Virus record (IMG/VR): IMGVR_UViG_3300020044_003662
Span: 1-37,517 of that record
Strand: one strand, 5' to 3'
DNA: 37,517 nucleotides
DNA from: a virus
Lineage: Duplodnaviria; Caudoviricetes
Shown: piece by piece, positions 19,830 to 28,037 of the stretch
Numbering within the stretch: the first letter of the stretch is position 1
How the letters are laid out: each line of letters begins with the position of its first letter
Notes under the pieces: model-generated
Told to the model about the DNA's origin: nothing
What the model saw: only the letters and a program-made list of their open reading frames with translations
Database searches by the model: none
Program-made: the position numbers and the translations under genes

Positions 19830-21419
19830 ATGAGTGGAATTACAGGTGCTTTTGTTGGCGGGACTTATAGTTCTGCTCCTGTGAACACGGTCGCCCCTGT
19901 CGTAAGCGGCACGGCGACCGTGGGTCAAAGTTTGGTTTGTACCACAGGAACATGGACGGGGCTTCCTGCACCGACCTACACATATCAATGGCAACGCAAT
20001 GGTTCAAACATAAGCGGGGCAACTTCATCCGGTTATCAACTTGTGTCTGCTGATGCGGGTAATCCAATCCGATGCGTTGTCACGGCGACAAACTCTGTCA
20101 GTGCTGTGAGTGCCAATTCAAACTCAACAGCCTCTGTTGCCGCAAGAGCACCGAATGCACCTACCATTGGCACGGCAAGCAGAACAGGCTCTGGCACTGT
20201 AGCTGTCACCTTTACGGCCCCTTCGGACAACGGTGGAGCGACTATCACAAGTTACACGGCAACATCCTCGCCGGGCAATATCACTGGTAGCGTGTCACAA
20301 TCCGGCTCAGGCACAATCAACGTGTCTGGTCTGACTAATGGCACGGCTTACACGTTCACTGTTACGGCTACAAACTCTGCCGGAACAAGTGCGGCAAGTT
20401 CAGCAAGTAATTCTGCAACACCATACACAGTGCCCGGTACGCCAACTGTTGGTACTGCAACAGCGACAGCTTACAACCAAGCAACAGTTTCCTTTACAGC
20501 ACCCGGAAGCAACGGTGGTTCTACCATTACAAGCTACACGGCTGTTGCAAGCCCCGGCGGTGCTACCGGCAGTTTGTCGCAAGCGGGTTCAGGCACGATT
20601 ACAGTGAACGGGTTGTCAGGCGGCACTACCTACACATTCACTGTTTACGCTACCAATGCGGCGGGCAACTCGTCCTCTAGCGGCTCGAGTAACTCAGTAA
20701 CAACATCTGCCGCACCGGGACAAGCGGCATATACGACACCGGGAACTTATAGTTGGACAGCCCCTGCCGGTGTTACATCTGTTTGCGTGGTCGCTGTTGG
20801 CGGCGGCGGTATTGGAGATTGCTCCGGTGGTAATGGAACATCTGGTGGCGGTGGTGGCCTTGCATGGAGAAATAACATTTCAGTTTCTCCCGGTACTTCA
20901 TACACTGTTGTTGTTGGAGCAGGAACAAGTAACTCAGCCAGTTATTTCAATAGCTCGTCAACTGTTGAAGGTCGCGGAGGTAGGCGTGGCAATATCGGCG
21001 GCGCAAGAGGTGATTTTTACGCACCCGGCGGCGGCGGCGGTGATGGCGGTCAAGGCGGTTTCGGATGGCCCGGAATTATTGAATCCGGCGGCGGCGGCGC
21101 GGGCGGCTATTCAGGTAGTGGTGGCGCGGGCTTCAATTATCTTGGCGGCGGTAACTATGCTGACCCAACAAACGGCTCAGGTGGTGGCGGCGCGGGCGGC
21201 TTCAACGGCGGCGGTGGCGGTGTCGGAATTTTAGGCCAAGGTGCTAATGGCGCGGTCAATGGAGGCGGCGGTTCAGGTGGCGCAAACTATAGCGGCGGCT
21301 CTGGTGGCGCATACGGCGGTGGCGGCGGTACTGACGGCAATAATGGCGGCGGTGGCGCGGTTCGTATTATTTGGGGTTCAGGACGAGCATTCCCATCTAC
21401 TAACACAGGAAATCTGTAA
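19830..21419 (+). CDS. Ig-like / fibronectin type III plus glycine-rich virion protein
   Basis: YTYQWQRNG Ig-like domain, two FN3 repeats (GLTNGTAYTFTVTATN; GLSGGTTYTFTVYATN), Gly-rich C-terminus. Confidence 0.85.
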   Translation: MSGITGAFVGGTYSSAPVNTVAPVVSGTATVGQSLVCTTGTWTGLPAPTYTYQWQRNGSNISGATSSGYQLVSADAGNPIRCVVTATNSVSAVSANSNSTASVAARAPNAPTIGTASRTGSGTVAVTFTAPSDNGGATITSYTATSSPGNITGSVSQSGSGTINVSGLTNGTAYTFTVTATNSAGTSAASSASNSATPYTVPGTPTVGTATATAYNQATVSFTAPGSNGGSTITSYTAVASPGGATGSLSQAGSGTITVNGLSGGTTYTFTVYATNAAGNSSSSGSSNSVTTSAAPGQAAYTTPGTYSWTAPAGVTSVCVVAVGGGGIGDCSGGNGTSGGGGGLAWRNNISVSPGTSYTVVVGAGTSNSASYFNSSSTVEGRGGRRGNIGGARGDFYAPGGGGGDGGQGGFGWPGIIESGGGGAGGYSGSGGAGFNYLGGGNYADPTNGSGGGGAGGFNGGGGGVGILGQGANGAVNGGGGSGGANYSGGSGGAYGGGGGTDGNNGGGGAVRIIWGSGRAFPSTNTGNL

Positions 21420-21880
21420 TGGAACTGTTTATCAAAATTGTTGACGGGCAACCTTCAGGTCATCCAATGTTGGGTGACAATTTTTGTCAAGTGTTTCCTG
21501 ATGTAGATACTACAAATTTGCCGCAAGAATTTGCTCGGTTTGAACGTGTTGAACAGCCTTACACAACAGATTTTCAAGTTTGTGAAGGCCCTGTGTATCA
21601 ATGGGAAAACGGCGTTGTAAAAGATGTCTGGACTGTGCGTGATATGAATGATTCTGAACGCGCAGAGGTAATTCAGATCAAAACAAATTTTGCAAACCAA
21701 ATGCACGGTCAATTAAAAAGTTTTGTTGAAGCGAAATTGACAACAGAAACTGACACGACTGCTATTGCGGCCCTGAATGATTGGCTTGTACAATTAAATG
21801 CGTGGACGTTGGTTGACCCAGTCAATCCAAATGTACCGTCCGCACCGGAAATCCTTGTACAGATGTACAGGCCAAAATAA
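21419..21880 (+). CDS. Hypothetical fibre-associated protein
   Basis: 153 aa, TAATG-coupled to the FN3 gene. Confidence 0.65.
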   Translation: MELFIKIVDGQPSGHPMLGDNFCQVFPDVDTTNLPQEFARFERVEQPYTTDFQVCEGPVYQWENGVVKDVWTVRDMNDSERAEVIQIKTNFANQMHGQLKSFVEAKLTTETDTTAIAALNDWLVQLNAWTLVDPVNPNVPSAPEILVQMYRPK

Positions 21881-21900
21881 ACGATACAACACTACAAGAT

Positions 21901-23058
21901 ATGAAAAAACTCAAAATAGCAGTCTACGCAATCAGCAAAAACGAAGAACAGTTTGTAAACAGATTTTGTGACTCAGCCAAAGACGCAGACCTTGTGTTGA
22001 TTGCTGACACGGGTTCTACAGATGAAACTGTTGCTAGGGCCATAGAGAACGGTGCTTCAGTTTTTGATATTTGTGTCAAGCCTTGGCGGTTTGATAAGGC
22101 CCGTGACACGGCATTGAATCTCATCCCGGGAGATTTTGATGTGTGTATCTCCCTCGACCTAGATGAAATCCTTGAACCGGGATGGCGGGAGGAAATTGAA
22201 CGTGTGTGGCAAGACAACACAACTCGTCTGCGTTACAAGTTTGATTGGGGCTGTGGCATCAGCTTCTACTACGAGAAAATTCATCATCGTCAGGGCTACC
22301 ACTGGCATCACCCTGTACACGAATACCCAAGACCTGACGGTCGCACTGTAGAAGTGTACGCCCACACCGATATGCTGTTGGTCAGCCATCACCCTGACCC
22401 AACCAAGTCCCGGGGCCAGTACATGCCATTGCTTGAACTAGCGGTGCAAGAGGACCCCATCTGCCCTCGCAATGCGTTCTATCACGCCCGCGAACTGACG
22501 TTCTACTATCGTTGGCAAGAGGCTATAACAGCCCTCAACAGATATTTGGAACTGCCCGGTGCGACTTGGCCTAATGAGCGTTGTTACGCAATGCGGTTGT
22601 TGGGTAAATCCTATGAGCATCTACACAACCATCACGAGGCCTACAAGTGGTATCAGATGGCCTGTGCAGAGGCCCCTAACACCCGTGAGCCTTGGGTTGA
22701 CTTGGCAATGTTTGCGTATATGACACACGACTGGAATACGTGTTTTTACGCATCTCAAAAAGCCCTCGAGGTGAAGGACAAGGCCCTTGTGTACACGATG
22801 GACCCAAGCGTGTGGACAGAGAAACCTCATGACCTTGCAAGCATCGCCGCTTGGAACCTTGGGTGGGGCGACTTAGCAAGACAACATTTAGAGGATGCCA
22901 TAAAATTCAACCCAACAGATGCCCGGCTGTTGTCCAACCGGGAATTGATGAAAGCATCGAATGACAACAATGACAGAGACGGAAGCGCGACTGAACAGTC
23001 ACGAAGCGGTCTGCGCCCTGCGGTACGAGCAGATAAACGCCCGCTTGAAGCGGCTTGA
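21901..23058 (+). CDS. Family 2 glycosyltransferase with C-terminal TPR-like repeats
   Basis: AISKNEE, ADTGSTD, RFDKARD, DxD (SLDLDE), HHPVHE; helical repeats (AFYHAREL, AYKWYQMA, EPWVDLA). Confidence 0.88.
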   Translation: MKKLKIAVYAISKNEEQFVNRFCDSAKDADLVLIADTGSTDETVARAIENGASVFDICVKPWRFDKARDTALNLIPGDFDVCISLDLDEILEPGWREEIERVWQDNTTRLRYKFDWGCGISFYYEKIHHRQGYHWHHPVHEYPRPDGRTVEVYAHTDMLLVSHHPDPTKSRGQYMPLLELAVQEDPICPRNAFYHARELTFYYRWQEAITALNRYLELPGATWPNERCYAMRLLGKSYEHLHNHHEAYKWYQMACAEAPNTREPWVDLAMFAYMTHDWNTCFYASQKALEVKDKALVYTMDPSVWTEKPHDLASIAAWNLGWGDLARQHLEDAIKFNPTDARLLSNRELMKASNDNNDRDGSATEQSRSGLRPAVRADKRPLEAA

Positions 23059-23143
23059 GGGGATTCTGCTAAAAACAGCCGGGATTATGTTGGTTTCGAT
23101 GGCAGGGGTTATTTGGGCCTCTGTATCGCACTTACCTAAGTGA
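22961..23143 (+). CDS. Small coiled-coil protein with one transmembrane segment (lysis region)
   Basis: HEAVCALRYEQI...RLE followed by a hydrophobic C-terminus. Confidence 0.65.
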   Translation: MTTMTETEARLNSHEAVCALRYEQINARLKRLEGILLKTAGIMLVSMAGVIWASVSHLPK

Positions 23144-23160
23144 CATGACAAAGGTTGACC

Positions 23161-23448
23161 ATGAAATGGTTTGTGGTCATCCTTATGACGGCGGGTATGT
23201 TGGTTGCCGCACAAAGCGGTTGCAACATCAGCGAGTTTTACTCAATCGGCTACACGCTACACAACCCTACAGAACGGCATCGAGGTCTGCTGAACTGGCT
23301 ACAACACAATGGTGAACGTTGTAGCAAAGAACAACTCACCAACATTTGGAACAACTTGCCTGATTGGGCCGGTACAGCAGACACCCCGGAATTACGACAA
23401 AGAGTTATAACCCTCTACAACAGGACGATTGAGAGGGAAAACAAATGA
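23161..23448 (+). CDS. Hypothetical protein with a signal peptide
   Basis: MKWFVVILMTAGMLVAA hydrophobic N-terminus; AAGG RBS. Confidence 0.6.
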   Translation: MKWFVVILMTAGMLVAAQSGCNISEFYSIGYTLHNPTERHRGLLNWLQHNGERCSKEQLTNIWNNLPDWAGTADTPELRQRVITLYNRTIERENK

Positions 23449-23684
23449 TTGGGCTTGACAAGTGGTATCCCTTCGTACACCCGAACCCATACGACACAAA
23501 AGGCGTGGCCTTTGCTAAAGCTGTTGAGCGTGTTGAAGGCGAGTACAGGGAAGCAATGAAGGCCAACAAAATTGAACGCAAAACAGAGGCTTATGAAGTC
23601 GAGTTGTACAACAAGAGGGCAAGGCAAAATACGATTGAGTTGGAGATGTTTACCAACAAAAGAAGGTTTCAGATTTTCATATGA
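23445..23684 (+). CDS. Hypothetical protein
   Basis: ATGA-coupled, GAGGG RBS, 79 aa. Confidence 0.6.
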   Translation: MIGLDKWYPFVHPNPYDTKGVAFAKAVERVEGEYREAMKANKIERKTEAYEVELYNKRARQNTIELEMFTNKRRFQIFI

Positions 23685-23702
23685 GTTGGCCTGAGAGGTA
23701 CT

Positions 23703-24041
23703 ATGCAAAACGTCAAGGACAAACTGGTCTACACGGTCACAATATGCGTGACCCTCACCCTGTGTATCTCCGTGTTAGCCATGGTGGTTGCCTTTATGTT
23801 GGGGCTGTGGGCCAAGGAGGTGGACAATGCAGAAATTTTCAAGATGATTTCACCGGCTTTTTCTACACTCATAGGCGGCATGATTGGGTTCCTGAGTGGT
23901 ATCAAGCTGAACAAAAACGACACGATTGACAAACCAAAAGGGGATAGCAATGATGGGATTAGATGCGATTTTGAGTATCGGAACGAAACTCGTAGACAAG
24001 CTGATTCCGGACCCGGAGGCGAAGGCAAAAGCACAGCTTGA
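23703..24041 (+). CDS. Two-TM membrane protein (holin/antiholin candidate)
   Basis: GAGGT RBS; two hydrophobic segments; 3' end overlaps the holin gene. Confidence 0.6.
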   Translation: MQNVKDKLVYTVTICVTLTLCISVLAMVVAFMLGLWAKEVDNAEIFKMISPAFSTLIGGMIGFLSGIKLNKNDTIDKPKGDSNDGIRCDFEYRNETRRQADSGPGGEGKSTA

Positions 24042-24357
24042 ACTACAAAAGATGGTCCAAGACGGTGAGTTGGCTAAACTCGCCAATGAAGCCAAGATGT
24101 ATGAGGTCGAACAGGAAAATGTCACCCGCCGCGCAGAGGCTGACATGGCCTCGGATTCTTGGCTGTCAAAAAACATTCGCCCAATGACGCTAATTTTCCT
24201 GTTGGCGGCCTACAGCGGCTTTGCCATTGCCTCAATCTTTGAGTATGAAACCCGTGGGGCCTATGTTGAACTGTTGGGCCAATGGGGTATGTTGGTAATG
24301 TCGTTCTATTTCGGTGGAAGGACTATGGAGAAAATCGCAGATAGGGTTAAAAAATGA
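23950..24357 (+). CDS. Holin (3TM, GTA-release-type)
   Basis: DKLIPDP..KAKAQLEL, SWLSKNIRP, FYFGGRT.EK motifs; directly before the endolysin. Confidence 0.8.
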   Translation: MMGLDAILSIGTKLVDKLIPDPEAKAKAQLELQKMVQDGELAKLANEAKMYEVEQENVTRRAEADMASDSWLSKNIRPMTLIFLLAAYSGFAIASIFEYETRGAYVELLGQWGMLVMSFYFGGRTMEKIADRVKK

Positions 24358-24782
24358 ACTTGACACCGCACTTCACTCTTGAAGAATTGACACACACGGA
24401 CCACCGTGAACTGGAGAACATCCCAAATGAAACTGAACAAGCAAACATTCAAAGACTGGCTGAATTCCTTGAAGAACTCAAGACCTTACTTGGCGGTAAG
24501 CCGATTATGGTCAATAGTGCGTTCCGGTCCAAAGCAGTAAACGATGCCGTAGGAAGCAAAGACACGTCACAACACAGGGTTGGTTGCGCGGCAGATATTC
24601 GCGTCCCGGGCATGACGCCTGATGAGGTAGTGAGGGCTGTTATTGCCTCAGACCTCGGGTATGACCAAGTGATTCGAGAATTTGACCGTTGGACGCACAT
24701 GAGCATCCCCAATGAGGCCGCGAGGAACCCGCGCAAACAGGCCCTCATCATTGACAAAACCGGAACCCGGGTGTTTGCCTAA
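24354..24782 (+). CDS. Endolysin, peptidase M15A family
   Basis: LTPHFTLEE, SAFRS, SQH..G.AAD, WTH zinc-peptidase motifs. Confidence 0.9.
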   Translation: MNLTPHFTLEELTHTDHRELENIPNETEQANIQRLAEFLEELKTLLGGKPIMVNSAFRSKAVNDAVGSKDTSQHRVGCAADIRVPGMTPDEVVRAVIASDLGYDQVIREFDRWTHMSIPNEAARNPRKQALIIDKTGTRVFA

Positions 24783-24979
24783 GGCTTTGTGATGTAAAGC
24801 ACCGGTTGACCCGCCGGTGTTCGGATGACCCCTGTAACCTGACTGGCCCCACAAAATGCGGGCCGGTTCCGGGATTGACAGGGGTCGTTTGCGTTGAAAG
24901 AGGCCGCAACCCAACCCGGAGGTTTTGCGCAAGAACACAGCAAAAACGTGCTCAGTGCAACGATTGCGGCCCGGGTCAC
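24779..24979 (-). CDS. Small lipoprotein (66 aa)
   Basis: GTG start overlapping the upstream TGA; MTRAAIVALSTFLLCS|C lipobox-like signal; two further Cys. Confidence 0.6.
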   Translation of the reverse strand: MTRAAIVALSTFLLCSCAKPPGWVAASFNANDPCQSRNRPAFCGASQVTGVIRTPAGQPVLYITKP

Positions 24980-25083
24980 AGCAACCCCCAACCAAGCATA
25001 AAAATCTCGTAATTGATGCGGCAAACAAATCCGAAAATCAGCATGCCGAAATTCCAAAGCAAAATTCCTGTGATGTATTTCAT
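24976..25083 (-). CDS. Small membrane peptide (35 aa; below the ORF-track cutoff)
   Basis: MKYITGILLWNFGMLIFGFVCRINYEIFMLGWGLL; ATGA/GTGA coupling at both ends. Confidence 0.55.
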   Translation of the reverse strand: MKYITGILLWNFGMLIFGFVCRINYEIFMLGWGLL

Positions 25084-25451
25084 TCTGCATCCTCAAAAAA
25101 ATCATGATTCTCGCGGCGGCCACGATTGTCCTTGTGGGCTTTTGGCGTGTGCTTGTACCTGAAAATGTAAGCCCTGTCAGGGTATGACAAGGCAAACAGG
25201 CGGGCAAGGTAAGGCGAGGTGTTGTTGCTGATTTTGAACCCTGAGAGGGTCCGTTCCATCACGGCTGTGTGATGACGTAAAAAGTGAATGATTGTCCTTG
25301 CAGAGTAGTGCTTAAAGCCTACACCAATCACGGCAAAGGTTTCGCGCACAAACAGTTTCCAGATGTGTTCGTTCTTGGGGAACCATTCCACAAACTCATC
25401 AGAAAACTGCTCACGGTTTTGACCTATCAGGTCTATGTAGCGGTCTGTCAT
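25080..25451 (-). CDS. Hypothetical protein
   Basis: AAGGA RBS; 123 aa; HYSARTI...KISNN..PYLAR. Confidence 0.75.
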   Translation of the reverse strand: MTDRYIDLIGQNREQFSDEFVEWFPKNEHIWKLFVRETFAVIGVGFKHYSARTIIHFLRHHTAVMERTLSGFKISNNTSPYLARLFALSYPDRAYIFRYKHTPKAHKDNRGRRENHDFFEDAE

Positions 25452-25601
25452 GTTTTATCCTTTTCGGCTTTTTTCCAATATGAAGCATTGACTATGGTTA
25501 GGAACAACGATCAAGGTCATTTTGTGTACACGTTTTGACCTTGACCGTCCGTGTTAAAACTGGTAACGCCGGTGCGAGGTGGGGCTACACCCCACCCAAC
25601 A

Positions 25602-25820
25602 TCAGTACTGCGGCTCTTGCTCCTGTTCGGCCTCGGGTTCAGGGTCGTTCAGGAATGCTCTGCCGTCCCAATTCTTGAAGGGCATGAGGTCAAGGACCAA
25701 CATCTGCCCTGCGCGGGTTTCAATCACGCTACCAATGGTGCGGTAGCGGTTCTTTTCTTTGCCGTCCTTGTCGGTGTATGTGCCGATGGATGCTTTGACG
25801 ATTTTTAGGGTTTTAGCCAT
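25602..25820 (-). CDS. Small putative ssDNA-binding protein
   Basis: 72 aa, beta-rich with an acidic tail (EPEAEQEQEPQY); follows the exonuclease/recombinase pair. Confidence 0.5.
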   Translation of the reverse strand: MAKTLKIVKASIGTYTDKDGKEKNRYRTIGSVIETRAGQMLVLDLMPFKNWDGRAFLNDPEPEAEQEQEPQY

Positions 25821-26437
25821 TAGAGTACCTTTAGGTTGTTGAGAAACTTCACTTTTTCTTGCACTTCGTTCAAGAACTGTTCGACCTGATTTTCCAAGTC
25901 AACTACCAACATCTCGTTCATAGGAACACGGATGATTTTGAGTTGGAGGAGTTCAGGCATACGGGGGTCGAACGACACAAAGTCGCACCAATCCCGGTCA
26001 GTACACGCCATCTGCCACTGCATCTGTAGCATGTACTTGTTGTCAATCGTCCCGTTGATGAGGGTTTCGATATGTGTGGCGGTGTTAGGGCACTTGATCT
26101 CAATCAGGCCTTTGTCACCCACGAGGCCGTCAGGAGATGCTCCACACATAGACAAGGATTCGTGTTCTACAAACCCTACCTCATCCACAATCGTGTCCGT
26201 TGCCATCTCGTAAGCGGCGCGGGCCAGTGGCTCAGTGTCAGTGCCCCACTGCATAGCAGAGTTGCTGTAGGACTCAGTGGGCTTGCCGGTCATGCGTTCG
26301 ACAATCAACTGAGCCATGTAATTGGCCCGGCTTGCAGAGGGGCCTGTCTTGGTCTTGGCGACAACGTCTGCGATGCGCGAGGCTGTCACCTTGCCCAAGC
26401 GGGCGGCGAACCAATCATCTGTTCTTTGGTCCATCAT
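25820..26437 (-). CDS. YqaJ / lambda-type exonuclease
   Basis: QRTDDWFAARLGKVTAS, WG...EPLAR, GASPDGLV, IEIKCP, QMQWQM. Confidence 0.93.
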   Translation of the reverse strand: MMDQRTDDWFAARLGKVTASRIADVVAKTKTGPSASRANYMAQLIVERMTGKPTESYSNSAMQWGTDTEPLARAAYEMATDTIVDEVGFVEHESLSMCGASPDGLVGDKGLIEIKCPNTATHIETLINGTIDNKYMLQMQWQMACTDRDWCDFVSFDPRMPELLQLKIIRVPMNEMLVVDLENQVEQFLNEVQEKVKFLNNLKVL

Positions 26438-26679
26438 TCGCCTCCAAATATGTCGTTAACGTACTCAACAAGTGATTCATCAGGATTTTGTTCGTCTAAT
26501 TGTTTTGCAATGTCGAGGGCAGAATGGGTCCCGCAGTGCTTAACAATAAAAGCAAACAAACCGTTGATGACCTGAGCATTTACAGATGCTCTTTCATCTG
26601 AATCTTGTATCAATGTTCGGATTTCCCCTCTCAAATTCACAACAAGGGCTTCATAAGCGTCAATCAAGTTGTCCATCAT
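26434..26679 (-). CDS. Hypothetical protein
   Basis: 81 aa, ATGA-coupled on both sides. Confidence 0.65.
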   Translation of the reverse strand: MMDNLIDAYEALVVNLRGEIRTLIQDSDERASVNAQVINGLFAFIVKHCGTHSALDIAKQLDEQNPDESLVEYVNDIFGGE

Positions 26680-27317
26680 TTTTCTCCCAATGATTTTTTG
26701 CGTTTGTCTTTGGCGGCGATGATTTTCTTCTGCGACACAAGGTCGTTGCGGGCGGCTTCATAGGCGGCGAAATACGCCACTTTGAGGCTTTCACCGTCTG
26801 TTGCTGACATGATGTTGGTCAGGTGGTCTGCCAACTCGTTTTCCGGGAGCATGAATTCTGTCTTGACAGAAGCCGCCATACCGTCATCGTCTACTGGTGC
26901 GAGGCCAAAACTCGACATGAGCGAATAGCGGCGGGCATACGTCAATGCGCTACCAAAGGCTGTAGGGCGGGAATCAGCCACAGGCAAGTGCAACTCACCA
27001 AGGACCAACAGGCCGCCTGATTCGTGAATGATGACGGTCTTAACAAACACGCCGTTGTCCTTTGTTTCGGCCCATTGAGTCAGGCCGAAGCCCTCGTCAT
27101 GGAGGCCGTCAATCACAGCATCAATGCACTCTGACAGGTCCGCATAGCGGCTCTTGAGGTGAGTGTTCTCGACTTTTTTGAGGGCCTTTTTAAATTTGCG
27201 TTGTGCGCGAACGAATGCGCTGTACACGACAGCATCTTCATTAGGCTCAACGTACCAGTCTTTTTTGCCTTGTTCAGGCATAGGGATGTATTCCCCGGGT
27301 TGTGCTTGTTCAGTCAT
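26676..27317 (-). CDS. erf: ERF-family single-strand annealing protein
   Basis: N.HLKSRYADL, IHESG, GSALTYARRYSL...G....DDDG signature. Confidence 0.9.
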   Translation of the reverse strand: MTEQAQPGEYIPMPEQGKKDWYVEPNEDAVVYSAFVRAQRKFKKALKKVENTHLKSRYADLSECIDAVIDGLHDEGFGLTQWAETKDNGVFVKTVIIHESGGLLVLGELHLPVADSRPTAFGSALTYARRYSLMSSFGLAPVDDDGMAASVKTEFMLPENELADHLTNIMSATDGESLKVAYFAAYEAARNDLVSQKKIIAAKDKRKKSLGEK

Positions 27318-27522
27318 TTAGTGTCCTTTTGTATGCTTCAATTACTACGGTTTGTGCTTGAATTGTTTTGTCTTGAGTGTTGAGAATTTTGCAGAGCGTT
27401 TCTACAACACCTCTCAACAAACCTACCTCATAGGCCAAGGCGTCCTCACGGAACATCCCCTCATATTTTTGTTTTGCGATTGACTCAGCGTCATACACAA
27501 TACTTCTGTAGTCATAGGTCAT
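27310..27522 (-). CDS. Hypothetical protein (70 aa)
   Basis: ATG at 27522 coupled to the upstream stop. Confidence 0.6.
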   Translation of the reverse strand: MTYDYRSIVYDAESIAKQKYEGMFREDALAYEVGLLRGVVETLCKILNTQDKTIQAQTVVIEAYKRTLND

Positions 27523-27635
27523 AAGACCCCCAACAGAACGGCTTGCCAAAATAAGTCTTCATCAGACATTACAGTGGGCGTTGTGAACCGGGACCCAATG
27601 ACAATCCCGGACTTGGTTGTGACGAAATTAGTCAT
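27519..27635 (-). CDS. Hypothetical peptide (38 aa)
   Basis: MTNFVTTKSGIVIGSR...FWQAVLLGVL; GGAG RBS. Confidence 0.55.
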   Translation of the reverse strand: MTNFVTTKSGIVIGSRFTTPTVMSDEDLFWQAVLLGVL

Positions 27636-27888
27636 TGTTCTCCCATCTAGCAATGGCGGCCTCATCAGCATCTGCTTGACGTTGCAAGGTGTGATGGGCC
27701 TCAATTTTGGTTGTAATGGCTTCATAGTCTTCCTCTGTGAGTGCGTACATGATTTCACCCTCGTCAGTGCTGAGTGAATAGTCGTACCCTTCAGACAACC
27801 CAACAGACGGGTCGGCCTCAAGATATTCGTACTCAACAAGGACCTCATCGCCTGTGGAGGGCAAAGACATTTCAAACGACCAGTCCAT
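27628..27888 (-). CDS. Hypothetical acidic protein (86 aa)
   Basis: MDWSFE...; GGAGG RBS, TAATG coupling; very rich in Asp/Glu. Confidence 0.65.
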   Translation of the reverse strand: MDWSFEMSLPSTGDEVLVEYEYLEADPSVGLSEGYDYSLSTDEGEIMYALTEEDYEAITTKIEAHHTLQRQADADEAAIARWENND

Positions 27889-28004
27889 TAGGGCCTCCAT
27901 ACAAACAAGTCGAACACAACCACTGCGATGCCAATGGCGTACACAGCGAACCAAATCACATTCCACTTCATGGAGTCAAACTCTTTTTCTGTCATGTATT
28001 TCAT
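27888..28004 (-). CDS. Small membrane peptide (38 aa)
   Basis: MKYMTEKEFDSMKWNVIWFAVYAIGIAVVVFDLFVWRP; AAGGA RBS. Confidence 0.6.
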   Translation of the reverse strand: MKYMTEKEFDSMKWNVIWFAVYAIGIAVVVFDLFVWRP

Positions 28005-28037
28005 TTTGTTTCCTTTGAGGGGCCGAAGCCCCGTTGA

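Noticed and set aside
28019-28032. GGGGC-TTCG-GCCCC hairpin (- strand) as a terminator
   Set aside because: There is no U-tract after it; it is more likely a stabilising hairpin before the next RBS.
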